Notes: generated by a model not told the origin, from the letters alone. 52,911 bases of DNA from Eubacteriales bacterium (GCA_045632545.1 JAZQWY010000164.1:1-52911), one strand, 5' to 3'; shown: positions 15,227 through 23,355, numbered from the stretch's first letter. Made by a program: numbers and translations.

Positions 15227-15772
15227 ATGAAAGCAGTTTTAATAAGCATTCAGCCGAAATGGTGCGAGCTTATCGCATCGGGCAAAAAGACGGTTGAGGT
15301 AAGAAAGACAAGACCTAAACTTGAAACGCCTTTTAGGGTATACATATATTGCACGAATAATGGCGGAACGCTTCATTCGGCTTATGAGGGATTACATTAT
15401 CACCAAAGTTATATTGGCAAAAATGATATGTCTTGTATCAACGGCAAAGTCATAGGCGAGTTTGTGTGCGATAGGATAACTGAATATGAGTGTTCAGCAG
15501 ACGGACACGGGGAACTTGCGACTACTTGCGGAACTTGTTTAAGCTATGACGAAATCATAAATTATTGCAACGGAAACGAGTTGTACGGTTGGCACATATC
15601 CAATTTTGTAATCTATGATAAGCCGAAAGAGTTGAGCGAGTTTGAAAGAGCTTGCCCCGATAATGTACGTTCTTGTGCTATGTGCCGTCATAGTGGTTAC
15701 ACACCAATGAAATGCTTACCGCTTACAAGACCGCCGCAGAGTTGGTGCTATGTTGAGGAGGTCAACCAATGA
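15227..15772 (+). CDS. ASCH-domain protein
   Basis: ATG 15227 follows AAGGAG. The N-terminus ISIQPKWCELIASGKKTVEVRK is the typical ASCH start. Confidence 0.65.
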   Translation: MKAVLISIQPKWCELIASGKKTVEVRKTRPKLETPFRVYIYCTNNGGTLHSAYEGLHYHQSYIGKNDMSCINGKVIGEFVCDRITEYECSADGHGELATTCGTCLSYDEIINYCNGNELYGWHISNFVIYDKPKELSEFERACPDNVRSCAMCRHSGYTPMKCLPLTRPPQSWCYVEEVNQ

Positions 15773-15969
15773 AAGAAACTGAATTGAAGCAAAAAAAAAT
15801 TATTGACGTGTGTTGCGGTGGTCGAATGTTCTATTTTGACAAAAAAGACGAAAGAGTTTTGTTTTGCGATAATCGAAAAATTAAGACTACTCTTTGTGAT
15901 GGCCGAGAATTTGAAGTCAATAGACCGACTTGGAAGTGTGTTTGCGATTGCGGAGCTAAAATGAAATAA
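15769..15969 (+). pseudogene. Probable remnant of a class I SAM-dependent (DNA) methyltransferase, N-terminal about 50 aa only
   Basis: IIDVCCGGRMFYFDKKDERVLFCDNR matches the motif I region of small phage methyltransferases. The ORF stops after 66 aa and the next gene follows 42 nt later. Confidence 0.4.
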
Positions 15970-16011
15970 CAAATAAAATAATTATTTTTATATCAAGAAA
16001 GGAGTTAAAAA

Positions 16012-16299
16012 ATGGAAAACAAGTATTACATCGTAAGAACAAACAGAGCAGGAGTATTCTTCGGAAAAATCAAAGAGAGAAGCGAGAAAGAGGTCACAAT
16101 GACTGATGTACGCAAGATATGGCATTGGGACGGAGCTTGCGCTGTTGAACAGCTTGCTATTGACGGAACAAAGAAACCACATAATTGCAATTTTACCGTA
16201 GTTGTCCCTGAGATGATTGTTGCAGAACCTATTCAGATTATTCCTTGCACAGATAAGGCTGTAAAGAGCTTGTCGGGAGTTGAAGTATGGCAGATATAA
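16012..16299 (+). CDS. Conserved phage hypothetical protein
   Basis: 95 aa with RBS AAAGGAG. The pattern IVRTNRAGVFFG..IWHWDGA is familiar from phage hypotheticals. Confidence 0.65.
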   Translation: MENKYYIVRTNRAGVFFGKIKERSEKEVTMTDVRKIWHWDGACAVEQLAIDGTKKPHNCNFTVVVPEMIVAEPIQIIPCTDKAVKSLSGVEVWQI

Positions 16300-16814
16300 A
16301 TGAAGCTATTGAAAGGTTTTTAAGTGTAACCTCTGGCTCTGGCTCTGGCTTAATATCTTTTAACGGTAATAAAGTCTATTACATAGATAACGTGCCGACG
16401 GTTATTGAGAAAGTAAAAAGCAATCTTGCAAAGGGATATACCGTTAACGCTGACTTAACCACGGAACGTTGCTATGTTATAAAGCACAACGATCTGTTCG
16501 CACACGGAGAAACTATCAAGGAAGCGGAAAAGGCTTTGCAAGATAAAGTGTTCGCAACAATGGATACCGATGAAAAGATAGAAGTCTTCCTGAACGAATT
16601 TGACCTTGAAAGCAAATACCCAGCAAGAGCGTTTTATGACTGGCACAACAAGCTGACAGGCTCTTGCGAGTTTGGACGAAACGCCTTTATAAAGAACCAC
16701 GGAATTGACCTTGAAAACGGTATGTATACTGTCAAAGAATTTATCGAAATTACCAAAAACGATTTTGGCGGTGAAATTATAAAGCAGTTAGCGGAAAGGA
16801 TAGGCGGTGAGTAA
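16287..16814 (+). CDS. Hypothetical phage protein
   Basis: 175-aa ORF overlapping its neighbours. Confidence 0.6.
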   Translation: MADINEAIERFLSVTSGSGSGLISFNGNKVYYIDNVPTVIEKVKSNLAKGYTVNADLTTERCYVIKHNDLFAHGETIKEAEKALQDKVFATMDTDEKIEVFLNEFDLESKYPARAFYDWHNKLTGSCEFGRNAFIKNHGIDLENGMYTVKEFIEITKNDFGGEIIKQLAERIGGE

Positions 16815-18820
16815 TGTATCAAGATAATTTTTTTAACGAGTTGATTATTGATAATTTTGCGGGTGGTGGTGGAGCGTCTGTGGGAATAGAACTCGCAGTG
16901 GGAAGACCTGTTGATATTGCAATAAATCATGATGCGGATGCTATTGCGATGCACTCAGTCAATCACCCATATACCACACATTTTCAAGAAGATGTGTTTG
17001 CTATAAACCCAGAAGAGGTAACGGGAGGAAGACCAGTAGGTATAGCGTGGTTTTCGCCAGACTGTAAGCATTTTTCACGTGCGAAAGGGAACAAACCTGT
17101 CGAACATAAGATAAGAGGACTTTCTTGGGTCATAATCAAATGGGCTATGTCAAATGTAGCACCGAGGTGTATTTTTATGGAAAACGTAGAAGAGATACAG
17201 ACTTGGGGACCGCTTATTTACATTGAGGGGAAAGAACTATCCGAGTGCGAAAGAATACCTGGAAGTTGGCGCCCTGATCCTGAGAGAAGCGGAGAAACTT
17301 TTAATGCTTTTGTCGGAATGTTGACGGACGGTGTGCCCGAGAATTGTCCTGCTCTTGCAGAAGCTTGCGAGTTTTTGGAGATTGAGCGCGAAAGTGCAGC
17401 GGAAAAGCGCCTCATAAACGGTCTTGGTTATAAATTGGGATACAAGGTGCTCAGAGCATGTGATTACGGTGCCCCTACTATTCGTAAGCGCTTTTATCTC
17501 GTAGCAAGGAATGACGGAAAGCCTATTGTGTTTCCAAAGGCTACTCACGGCAAAGGCAAGGAGTTGAAGCCCTACCGTACAGCAGCCGAGTGCATTGATT
17601 GGAGTATTCCTTGCCCCTCTATCTTTGAGCGCAAAAAGCCCCTTGTAAAAAACACCCTGCGCCGCGTGGCGCGAGGGCTTGACAAATTCGTTATTAAGAA
17701 CCCCAAGCCCTATATTCTCGAAATGAATTTTGATAATCCGTTCCAGGACGTAGATAGACCGATGAGTACTCAGACGAGCGCTAACCATCACTACCTTATT
17801 ACGCCTGAGCTGGTAGAATGCTCACACAAGAACGGTCCGGGCGTGCACGGTGTAGATACTCCTATGAATACGCAGACAGGTAAGGCTTGCTTTGCCGTAG
17901 AAACGCCCTTTTTAACGAAGTTTCAGCAGCATAGCCTCGGGCAAGATGCGAAGAAGCCGCTTGATACCGTAATGCCCGGCGCTACAAGGTTTGGCGCGGT
18001 GATGCCCTCTATCATTCAGTATCACTCTGAACAGTGCAAGGGCGAGGTACGCGGGCAGGATATAAAGAAGCCTCTTATGACGGTTGACGGCTCGCCTAGA
18101 TATGCGGTGAGCGGTATCTATATTTCAAAGTATTTTGGAGGAAAGGGAGCGAAAGCCAGTGGTGCAAGCGATCCCGTTCCTACTGTTACGGCTAAGGACC
18201 ATAACGCCCTTGTTGCCGCAAACATCGTGCATTACTACGGAGGTGCAGATCATGCCAGCAAGAGTGATGCCCCTGTTCCCACTGTAACAACACTTCCAAG
18301 GCATTACCTCTGTGCAAGCAACCTTTGCGTGCTGCGTAAAAATATGGACGGTAAGAGCCTTGACGAGCCTATGCCTACTCTCACTACTTCGGCAGGTCAT
18401 TTTGCGGAAATCAGAACGTATCTACTCTCGGTAGATAGCACGAATGAGCTTTATCATTGGAACGAGGTACGAAAGCTCCTCAACGAGTATGCGGATTATT
18501 CTATCAAAGAGAACGAGCTCCTGATTATCGAGATAGCAGGTATCCCTTATTTCATCGGCGATATTGGTATGCGTATGCTCAAGGCTGAGGAGCTGAAGCT
18601 TGCGCAGGGATTCCCGGTAGATTACATAATTGACATTGAGAGCCATATAGGTAAGAAATATTCTGAGGCAAAGCAGATAGCGAGGCTTGGAAATGCGGTG
18701 TGTCCGCCTGTTGCTACTGCGCTTATTAGAGCAAATTGTCCCGAGCTTGCTTACGATAAGATTATTATAACAGTAGAGCAGCTAAACAAAGCTATATGTA
18801 GAACGACGACAAATAAATAA
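16814..18820 (+). CDS. DNA (cytosine-5)-methyltransferase with an expanded, repetitive target-recognition region
   Basis: Motif I FAGGGGAS, motif IV SPDCKHFS, motif VI ENV, QGFP, motif X GNAVCPPV. Seven P-x-x-T-x-T-type modules lie between aa 313 and 535. Confidence 0.9.
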   Translation: MYQDNFFNELIIDNFAGGGGASVGIELAVGRPVDIAINHDADAIAMHSVNHPYTTHFQEDVFAINPEEVTGGRPVGIAWFSPDCKHFSRAKGNKPVEHKIRGLSWVIIKWAMSNVAPRCIFMENVEEIQTWGPLIYIEGKELSECERIPGSWRPDPERSGETFNAFVGMLTDGVPENCPALAEACEFLEIERESAAEKRLINGLGYKLGYKVLRACDYGAPTIRKRFYLVARNDGKPIVFPKATHGKGKELKPYRTAAECIDWSIPCPSIFERKKPLVKNTLRRVARGLDKFVIKNPKPYILEMNFDNPFQDVDRPMSTQTSANHHYLITPELVECSHKNGPGVHGVDTPMNTQTGKACFAVETPFLTKFQQHSLGQDAKKPLDTVMPGATRFGAVMPSIIQYHSEQCKGEVRGQDIKKPLMTVDGSPRYAVSGIYISKYFGGKGAKASGASDPVPTVTAKDHNALVAANIVHYYGGADHASKSDAPVPTVTTLPRHYLCASNLCVLRKNMDGKSLDEPMPTLTTSAGHFAEIRTYLLSVDSTNELYHWNEVRKLLNEYADYSIKENELLIIEIAGIPYFIGDIGMRMLKAEELKLAQGFPVDYIIDIESHIGKKYSEAKQIARLGNAVCPPVATALIRANCPELAYDKIIITVEQLNKAICRTTTNK

Positions 18821-18878
18821 CGGAGGTGTATTATATCACCGGGGGCGAATTACTCGCTTCCAGTGATGTTTTGTTAAT

Positions 18879-19604
18879 ATGAAAAAAGAACCAAAAGGCT
18901 TTTGTATGTTCTTTGATTGGGTAGATGACTTGGATCAATGTAACGATGCAGACGCATGGAAAATTGTCAAGGCAATTAAAGAGTATTATGTAACTGGAGA
19001 AAATCCAGTAGATTTGGTAAAAAAACCGTTAAAAGCTACAATGGCTATGATTTATCACCAAATTCAACGAGGAGAAGATATAAGAAAAAAACGTTCAGAT
19101 GCGGGGCAACAAGGCGGAAATGCCAAAGCAAACAAAAATTTTGCTCAAGCAAATGAAAATTTTGCTAAAGCAAACTCTAGCAAACAAAAATTTTCTCAAG
19201 CAAATGAAAATTTGCTAAAGCAAAATGTGCCTACTATAACAGATACTAATACTATAACAGATACAGTATATCCTTCGGATATACAAAAAAAGAAAAATAT
19301 AAAAAAAGAAAAAGCGTCGCCAAAGGCTCCGCTACACGCGTACGGGGAATTTAATAACGTGATGTTAACCGATGAGGAGCTGGAAAAGCTCAAAGGAAAA
19401 TTTAACGATTGTGAGGAGCGTATTGAAACTTTAAGCTCGTATATAGCTTCTACGGGGAAAAAATATAAATCCCACTACGCCACGATACTTAATTGGGCGA
19501 AAAGAGATAAGGATAAAACGGAAGGAGTAACCTCAAATGAAAGAAACGAGCCAAATAATAAAGACGATTCCACTTTTGCGGGACTTGGCAACTGGATCTA
19601 CTGA
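18879..19604 (+). CDS. Replisome-organiser / DnaD-like replication protein (tentative)
   Basis: 241-aa ORF directly upstream of the DnaC-like loader. It contains iteron-like DNA repeats internally, and its C-terminal region YGEFNNVMLTDEELEKL..ATILNWAKRD is typical of phage replication helpers. Confidence 0.5.
   Translation: MKKEPKGFCMFFDWVDDLDQCNDADAWKIVKAIKEYYVTGENPVDLVKKPLKATMAMIYHQIQRGEDIRKKRSDAGQQGGNAKANKNFAQANENFAKANSSKQKFSQANENLLKQNVPTITDTNTITDTVYPSDIQKKKNIKKEKASPKAPLHAYGEFNNVMLTDEELEKLKGKFNDCEERIETLSSYIASTGKKYKSHYATILNWAKRDKDKTEGVTSNERNEPNNKDDSTFAGLGNWIY
19125..19264. repeat. Iteron-like repeats inside the replisome-organiser gene, a candidate phage origin
   Basis: Four GCAAA(C/T)(A/G)AAAATTT(T)GC palindromic units lie at 19128-19144, 19149-19165, 19180-19196 and 19200-19215, forming two tandem blocks of about 50 bp. 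ACTATAACAGATAC occurs twice, at 19233-19246 and 19251-19264. Confidence 0.5.
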
Positions 19605-20349
19605 TATTGCCACCTTCGAGCAGAGAAAGGTGGATAAGGAAAACGCCGAGGTGGGAACGTTGTCGGGGATAGATTGTCCTATCTGCAAAAACAAAGGTTA
19701 TTATATGGAACTCAGGGCGGGCGAAGCCGTTCAGATAACCTGCAGGTGTATGAAGACTAGGAACTCTATCAAACGCATAAAAGAGAGTGGTCTTTCGGAA
19801 GCTCTTAAACGTTTAAGTTTTGATAACTTCAAAGCTGAAAGTGAATGGCAGTCTGAGCTTTTGGGAATAGCTAAACGCTTTGCAGACAACGGTGAGGGGG
19901 AATGGCTGTTTATCGGAGGACAGCCCGGTATCGGAAAAACTCACTTGTGTACCGCTATCGTGGGAAGATATCTTGACAGAGGATATTCGGCCCGATATAT
20001 GCTTTGGAGAGATGATTCCGTCCGGCTTAAATCTCTCGTAAACGACGCTTACGCATACGCTGAGGCTATCAACGACTTCAAACAAACAGATATTCTCTAC
20101 ATAGACGACTTTTTCAAAACGCAAAAGGGAATATCTCCAACTGCAGCGGATATCAATTTAGCGTTTGAATTACTGAACTACCGCTACGTTAAGAACTTGA
20201 CGACGATATTCTCTACCGAAAAGTCGATAGCTCAGATCCTCGATATTGACGAAGCCATAGGAAGCAGAATATACTCCAAGTCTAAAAATTTTTGCCAAAA
20301 TATAGCGCCGGACAAAAAGAAAAATTATCGTTTGGGAGGATTAAAATGA
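19537..20349 (+). CDS. DnaC/IstB-like AAA+ helicase loader
   Basis: Walker A GGQPGIGKTHL, Walker B ILYIDDF and an N-terminal CPIC..CRC zinc motif. RBS is GGAAGGAG. Confidence 0.8.
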   Translation: MKETSQIIKTIPLLRDLATGSTDIATFEQRKVDKENAEVGTLSGIDCPICKNKGYYMELRAGEAVQITCRCMKTRNSIKRIKESGLSEALKRLSFDNFKAESEWQSELLGIAKRFADNGEGEWLFIGGQPGIGKTHLCTAIVGRYLDRGYSARYMLWRDDSVRLKSLVNDAYAYAEAINDFKQTDILYIDDFFKTQKGISPTAADINLAFELLNYRYVKNLTTIFSTEKSIAQILDIDEAIGSRIYSKSKNFCQNIAPDKKKNYRLGGLK

Positions 20350-20591
20350 GCAAAAAAAATCAGGTATACGAAATAGCGGAAGCCTTAAAAGGGTACTCTT
20401 TGGAAAATAGGCTCGACAGAGAGTGCGTAGCAAGAATGCTTTACGAAAAAGGATACCGTATGCAGATACAAGCGGAATGGGTATATAACGAGTTTTATTT
20501 TGCTCACTGTTCAGAGTGCGGATATGAAGTCCCTGAGCACAGCGTTTCGTCATATTGTCCGGGATGTGGCGCGTATATGGAGGCAGAATGA
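20346..20591 (+). CDS. Hypothetical zinc-ribbon protein
   Basis: ATG 20346 overlaps the upstream stop. Contains CSECG..CPGCG. Confidence 0.55.
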   Translation: MSKKNQVYEIAEALKGYSLENRLDRECVARMLYEKGYRMQIQAEWVYNEFYFAHCSECGYEVPEHSVSSYCPGCGAYMEAE

Positions 20592-20592
20592 T

Positions 20593-20883
20593 ATGAGCAA
20601 GGAGTACATAGAAAGGGAAGCGCTGATAAATACCGTGTGCGCTCAGTATCAAGGAGGGATGAATACCTTTTGGGCGAAGCCAAACGATTTTGTGAGAATG
20701 GTGGAGGATGAGCCTACCGTTGCGGTGGAGCCCAAACAAGGTCGCTGGGAGAAAGTCAATCTGTTTGTCGCTATATTCGGACTCGCCAAATGCTCCGTAT
20801 GCGGAAACTGGGGAGAGAGAACACGCTATTGTCCTAATTGCGGTTCAAAAATGTACGGAGAAAGTGAGGACGTACAAGCGTGA
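20593..20883 (+). CDS. Hypothetical zinc-ribbon protein
   Basis: ATG 20593. Contains CSVCG..CPNCG. Confidence 0.55.
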   Translation: MSKEYIEREALINTVCAQYQGGMNTFWAKPNDFVRMVEDEPTVAVEPKQGRWEKVNLFVAIFGLAKCSVCGNWGERTRYCPNCGSKMYGESEDVQA

Positions 20884-21257
20884 TAATAAAATTTACAGTG
20901 CCGTTAGTGCCTATCACAAAGAAGAACCACCAGCGCATATTGAAAAATCGACGGACGGGAAAACACTTCGTAGCTCCGTCAGAGCAGTACGAGCAATATG
21001 AAGCAGCCGCGCTGTGGTACGTGCCAAAACGGGGAAACCCGATAGATTTCCCCGTAAACGTTAAATGTTTATTTTTTATGCCGAACAACCGTGTCTGCGA
21101 CCTCGCGAACCATCTTGAGTCTATAGACGATATTATGGTCAAAGCTGGATTGCTTAAAGACGATAACTATAAAATCCTCGCTTCGCACGACGGCTCCCGC
21201 GTCTTAGTAGATACGCAAAACCCCAGGACAGAGGTCTATATCTCCAAGGAGGTGTAA
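20880..21257 (+). CDS. rusA: RusA-family Holliday junction resolvase
   Basis: GTG start. P..KKNHQRI.., CDLANHLESIDDIMVKAGLLKDDN is the typical RusA acidic pattern. Confidence 0.75.
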   Translation: MIIKFTVPLVPITKKNHQRILKNRRTGKHFVAPSEQYEQYEAAALWYVPKRGNPIDFPVNVKCLFFMPNNRVCDLANHLESIDDIMVKAGLLKDDNYKILASHDGSRVLVDTQNPRTEVYISKEV

Positions 21258-21258
21258 T

Positions 21259-21492
21259 ATGCCGAACAAACACCGTGACAGCAAACTCGCCAAGTGTCCG
21301 TTCTTCAACGCCCAGGAGAATCAGAAGATATATTGTGAGGGCGTTGAAGACGGTGTGGCTATGCACCTTGCTTTTGACTCCAAGGAGCACAAAAAGGCAT
21401 ATTGCGCGAGGTATTGCAATAAAAACTTTCCAAGGTGTCCGTATTACCGAATGCTTGACGCTCTGTATGACTGCTGCGGAAATCACTCTTGA
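21259..21492 (+). CDS. Hypothetical Cys-rich protein
   Basis: 77-aa ORF, the last plus-strand gene of the early/middle block. Confidence 0.55.
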   Translation: MPNKHRDSKLAKCPFFNAQENQKIYCEGVEDGVAMHLAFDSKEHKKAYCARYCNKNFPRCPYYRMLDALYDCCGNHS

Positions 21493-21791
21493 TTAGCATT
21501 AACCTTCATTTCATCGACCATAGCAAAAAAACATGACAGTGCTGCGGGATTGTTGAAGACATCTAACTCACGCTTACAATCGCCCATCAGAAAAAGTATT
21601 GCATCTAGCTGATTGGATATTGCCTCGGGGTCACACTTCAATTCGTTAATCAAGTGTTGCACGTCGTCGGTGTTTTCAAAGTATTTGCTCCAAAAAGCGT
21701 TAAGCAAATCGTGAGCGATATCTATGTATCTGCTCGCTGTGCAGGTCGCGTCTTCGATAAGTACTTTTTGAGATATTGTGTATTTGGACAT
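21483..21791 (-). CDS. Hypothetical helical protein (island gene 3)
   Basis: Trimmed to ATG 21791, which follows AAAGGAGG. 102 aa, no motif recognised. Confidence 0.6.
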   Translation of the reverse strand: MSKYTISQKVLIEDATCTASRYIDIAHDLLNAFWSKYFENTDDVQHLINELKCDPEAISNQLDAILFLMGDCKRELDVFNNPAALSCFFAMVDEMKVNANQE

Positions 21792-21941
21792 AATATAGTC
21801 CTCCTTTTCGTATTTTAGTATGTTAGTGTTTTTTGTATGAGTGCTGTGCTGTTTTGAGCACAATGTTGTGTTGGGGGTAGTAAGTACCCACGGAAACGAT
21901 TTAATGTTGTTGAACTCCTTACAGGTAAAGACGAAAAAATC

Positions 21942-22235
21942 TTAGAATTGATTTTGACGGGCTTTCTCCAACCCTTTATTTAATCTTTCTTTCACAGCCT
22001 GTCGTTGTTCATCGGTTAATACGGGACGTTGTTGTGGTGCGTGTATCTTTATCATAGTCTTGGGTATCTCATACACGCCATACTTACCGTCGTCTTCTTC
22101 ACAGCTCACACCCTCGCACTCTGATACCTTCCTGAGCTGGCGGAGCAGTCGCCCATTGAAGGTCTCTACCCTCGCCGTTTGTTCTTCTTCGTTAAAGAGG
22201 ATAATAGTTTCTTTTTCGTAGTTTGTTAATGTCAT
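21942..22235 (-). CDS. Hypothetical protein (island gene 2)
   Basis: 97 aa with RBS AAAGGAGA. I recall the N-terminal pattern TNYEKETIILFNEEE from hypotheticals on Firmicute mobile elements. Confidence 0.6.
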   Translation of the reverse strand: MTLTNYEKETIILFNEEEQTARVETFNGRLLRQLRKVSECEGVSCEEDDGKYGVYEIPKTMIKIHAPQQRPVLTDEQRQAVKERLNKGLEKARQNQF

Positions 22236-22253
22236 ATTTTTTTCTCCTTTCTC

Positions 22254-22282
22254 TTGACAGTATGCCTTACTTATGGTATAAT
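22254..22282 (+). promoter_or_regulatory. Perfect consensus promoter for the antisense sRNA candidate
   Basis: TTGACA (22254-22259), a 17-nt spacer, then TATAAT (22277-22282). Confidence 0.65.
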
Positions 22283-22288
22283 CAAAGG

Positions 22289-22375
22289 GAAGTGGGAGTA
22301 AGGCTTCCCACTCCCCCTTGTTTTGTGGGGTTAGTGAGTGATTGGCTTGGTCGCGTGGTCACTCACTATTTTCTT
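22289..22375 (+). ncRNA. Candidate sRNA of about 87 nt, cis-antisense to the spacer between minus-strand island genes 1 and 2
   Basis: Bounded by a promoter and a terminator with no ORF. The 5' hairpin lies at about 22286-22315. The terminator stem is TAGTGAGTGA (22332-22341)/TCACTCACTA (22359-22368), followed by TTTTCTT. Confidence 0.5.
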
Positions 22376-22377
22376 GA

Positions 22378-22500
22378 CTAATCGGCTTTTTCGAGTACAT
22401 TCTTGACAGACTCGCGGAGCTCTTCAAGTGTTTCGCACTTTTCAATAAGCTCAAGCACCATCTTTAAGATGTACTCGGTGTTTGTCGCCATTTCGTCCAT
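22378..22500 (-). CDS. 40-aa acidic helical peptide (island gene 1)
   Basis: ATG 22500 follows AGGAAGTGAGGAA. Sequence is MDEMATNTEYILKMVLELIEKCETLEELRESVKNVLEKAD. Below the track cutoff. Confidence 0.45.
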   Translation of the reverse strand: MDEMATNTEYILKMVLELIEKCETLEELRESVKNVLEKAD

Positions 22501-22546
22501 TTCCTCACTTCCTTTCTTAACGGGTTATCCCGTGCCTTACGGGAAT

Positions 22547-22576
22547 AGTATATCATATAGCCGTGTATACTGTCAA
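22547..22576 (-). promoter_or_regulatory. Promoter of the minus-strand island
   Basis: On the minus strand: TTGACA (22576-22571), an 18-nt spacer, then TATACT (22552-22547). Confidence 0.55.
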
Positions 22577-22677
22577 TATGGAGTTTTATACAAAATGTAG
22601 CTGTGTTTTTTGGTTGTTGTGTATATAGACGGCTATTGTGATATGTGTTATAATACTGTTTGTGGAGGTAAATATAA

Positions 22678-22902
22678 ATGCCGTATGATGAAAAATCAAA
22701 AGAGCGTACTATGCGTTATATGAAAGAAAAAAGGGACAAGCTCACCCTAAATCTTCCTTCAGGCGATAAAGAACGCTATCGAACTCACGCCGAACAAATG
22801 CGAGGTAAAAGTTTGACAAGTCTGATTGTTGATTTGGTGGAGGAAGATATAAAAAAATGTGCTTACAGTAATGACAAAAGTGAAGGAGACACACAAAAAT
22901 GA
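22678..22902 (+). CDS. Ribbon-helix-helix (Arc/CopG-like) DNA-binding protein
   Basis: 74 aa. KLTLNLPSGDKERYRTHAEQMRGKSLTSLIVDLV is a beta-strand/helix/helix RHH pattern. An extended -10 promoter (TGTGTTATAAT) lies upstream. Confidence 0.6.
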   Translation: MPYDEKSKERTMRYMKEKRDKLTLNLPSGDKERYRTHAEQMRGKSLTSLIVDLVEEDIKKCAYSNDKSEGDTQK

Positions 22903-23249
22903 AAATGTCTAATGGAGTAAAATATTGCCTTGGAGTATGCGGGGCGCTTTGTGCGCTGTATCTTATCGGTGTGGCCGATTTGGATTATGGGTACTACACC
23001 TTCTTAAGGATAGCCTCTTTAATAGCGTTAGTTAGCCTGATACTCGTCTATTGGTCGGAGACAGTCAACGCTCTCAATCCTGTTACTATCATCGGCGGAG
23101 TGATATTGATATTGTTTAATCCGATATTCCCGATATATCTTGACAAAGAAATATGGGTAGTGCTTGATATCATAAGCGCTGTGTCTATGATTGGTTTGGG
23201 CGGATATATATTCGTCAAAAACAAAAAACAGAGTGGAAAAAACGAATAA
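22899..23249 (+). CDS. Polytopic small membrane protein (DUF6804-like, by recollection)
   Basis: ATGA overlap with the RHH gene. 116 aa with 3-4 hydrophobic helices and a YGYYTFLRI..LFNPIFPIYL pattern. Confidence 0.6.
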   Translation: MKMSNGVKYCLGVCGALCALYLIGVADLDYGYYTFLRIASLIALVSLILVYWSETVNALNPVTIIGGVILILFNPIFPIYLDKEIWVVLDIISAVSMIGLGGYIFVKNKKQSGKNE

Positions 23250-23262
23250 AACGAACAAAAAT

Positions 23263-23295
23263 AACGGCAGTTTTATACTGCCGTTTTATTTTTTT
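23263..23295 (+). terminator. Rho-independent terminator that closes the early/middle region
   Basis: AACGGCAG-TTTTATA-CTGCCGTT followed by TTATTTTTTT. Confidence 0.8.
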
Positions 23296-23319
23296 GCAAA
23301 TTTTTGAAAAAAAGTGCCG

Positions 23320-23355
23320 TAGGGGGACTACCTTTTTTGTTTTTGGGTGTATTAC
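23320..23355 (+). promoter_or_regulatory. Late-region motif copy 1 (TAGGGGGACTACC) with a -10-like TATTAC, upstream of terS
   Basis: The motif lies at 23320-23332. After 17 nt comes TATTAC (23350-23355). terS starts 28 nt further on. Confidence 0.5.

Noticed and set aside
20708-21001. ORF 20708..21001 and other alternative-frame ORFs in the replication module (21275..21496, 20500 start)
   Set aside because: They overlap better-supported genes (a zinc-ribbon protein and RusA) that have proper start contexts. They lack RBSs.
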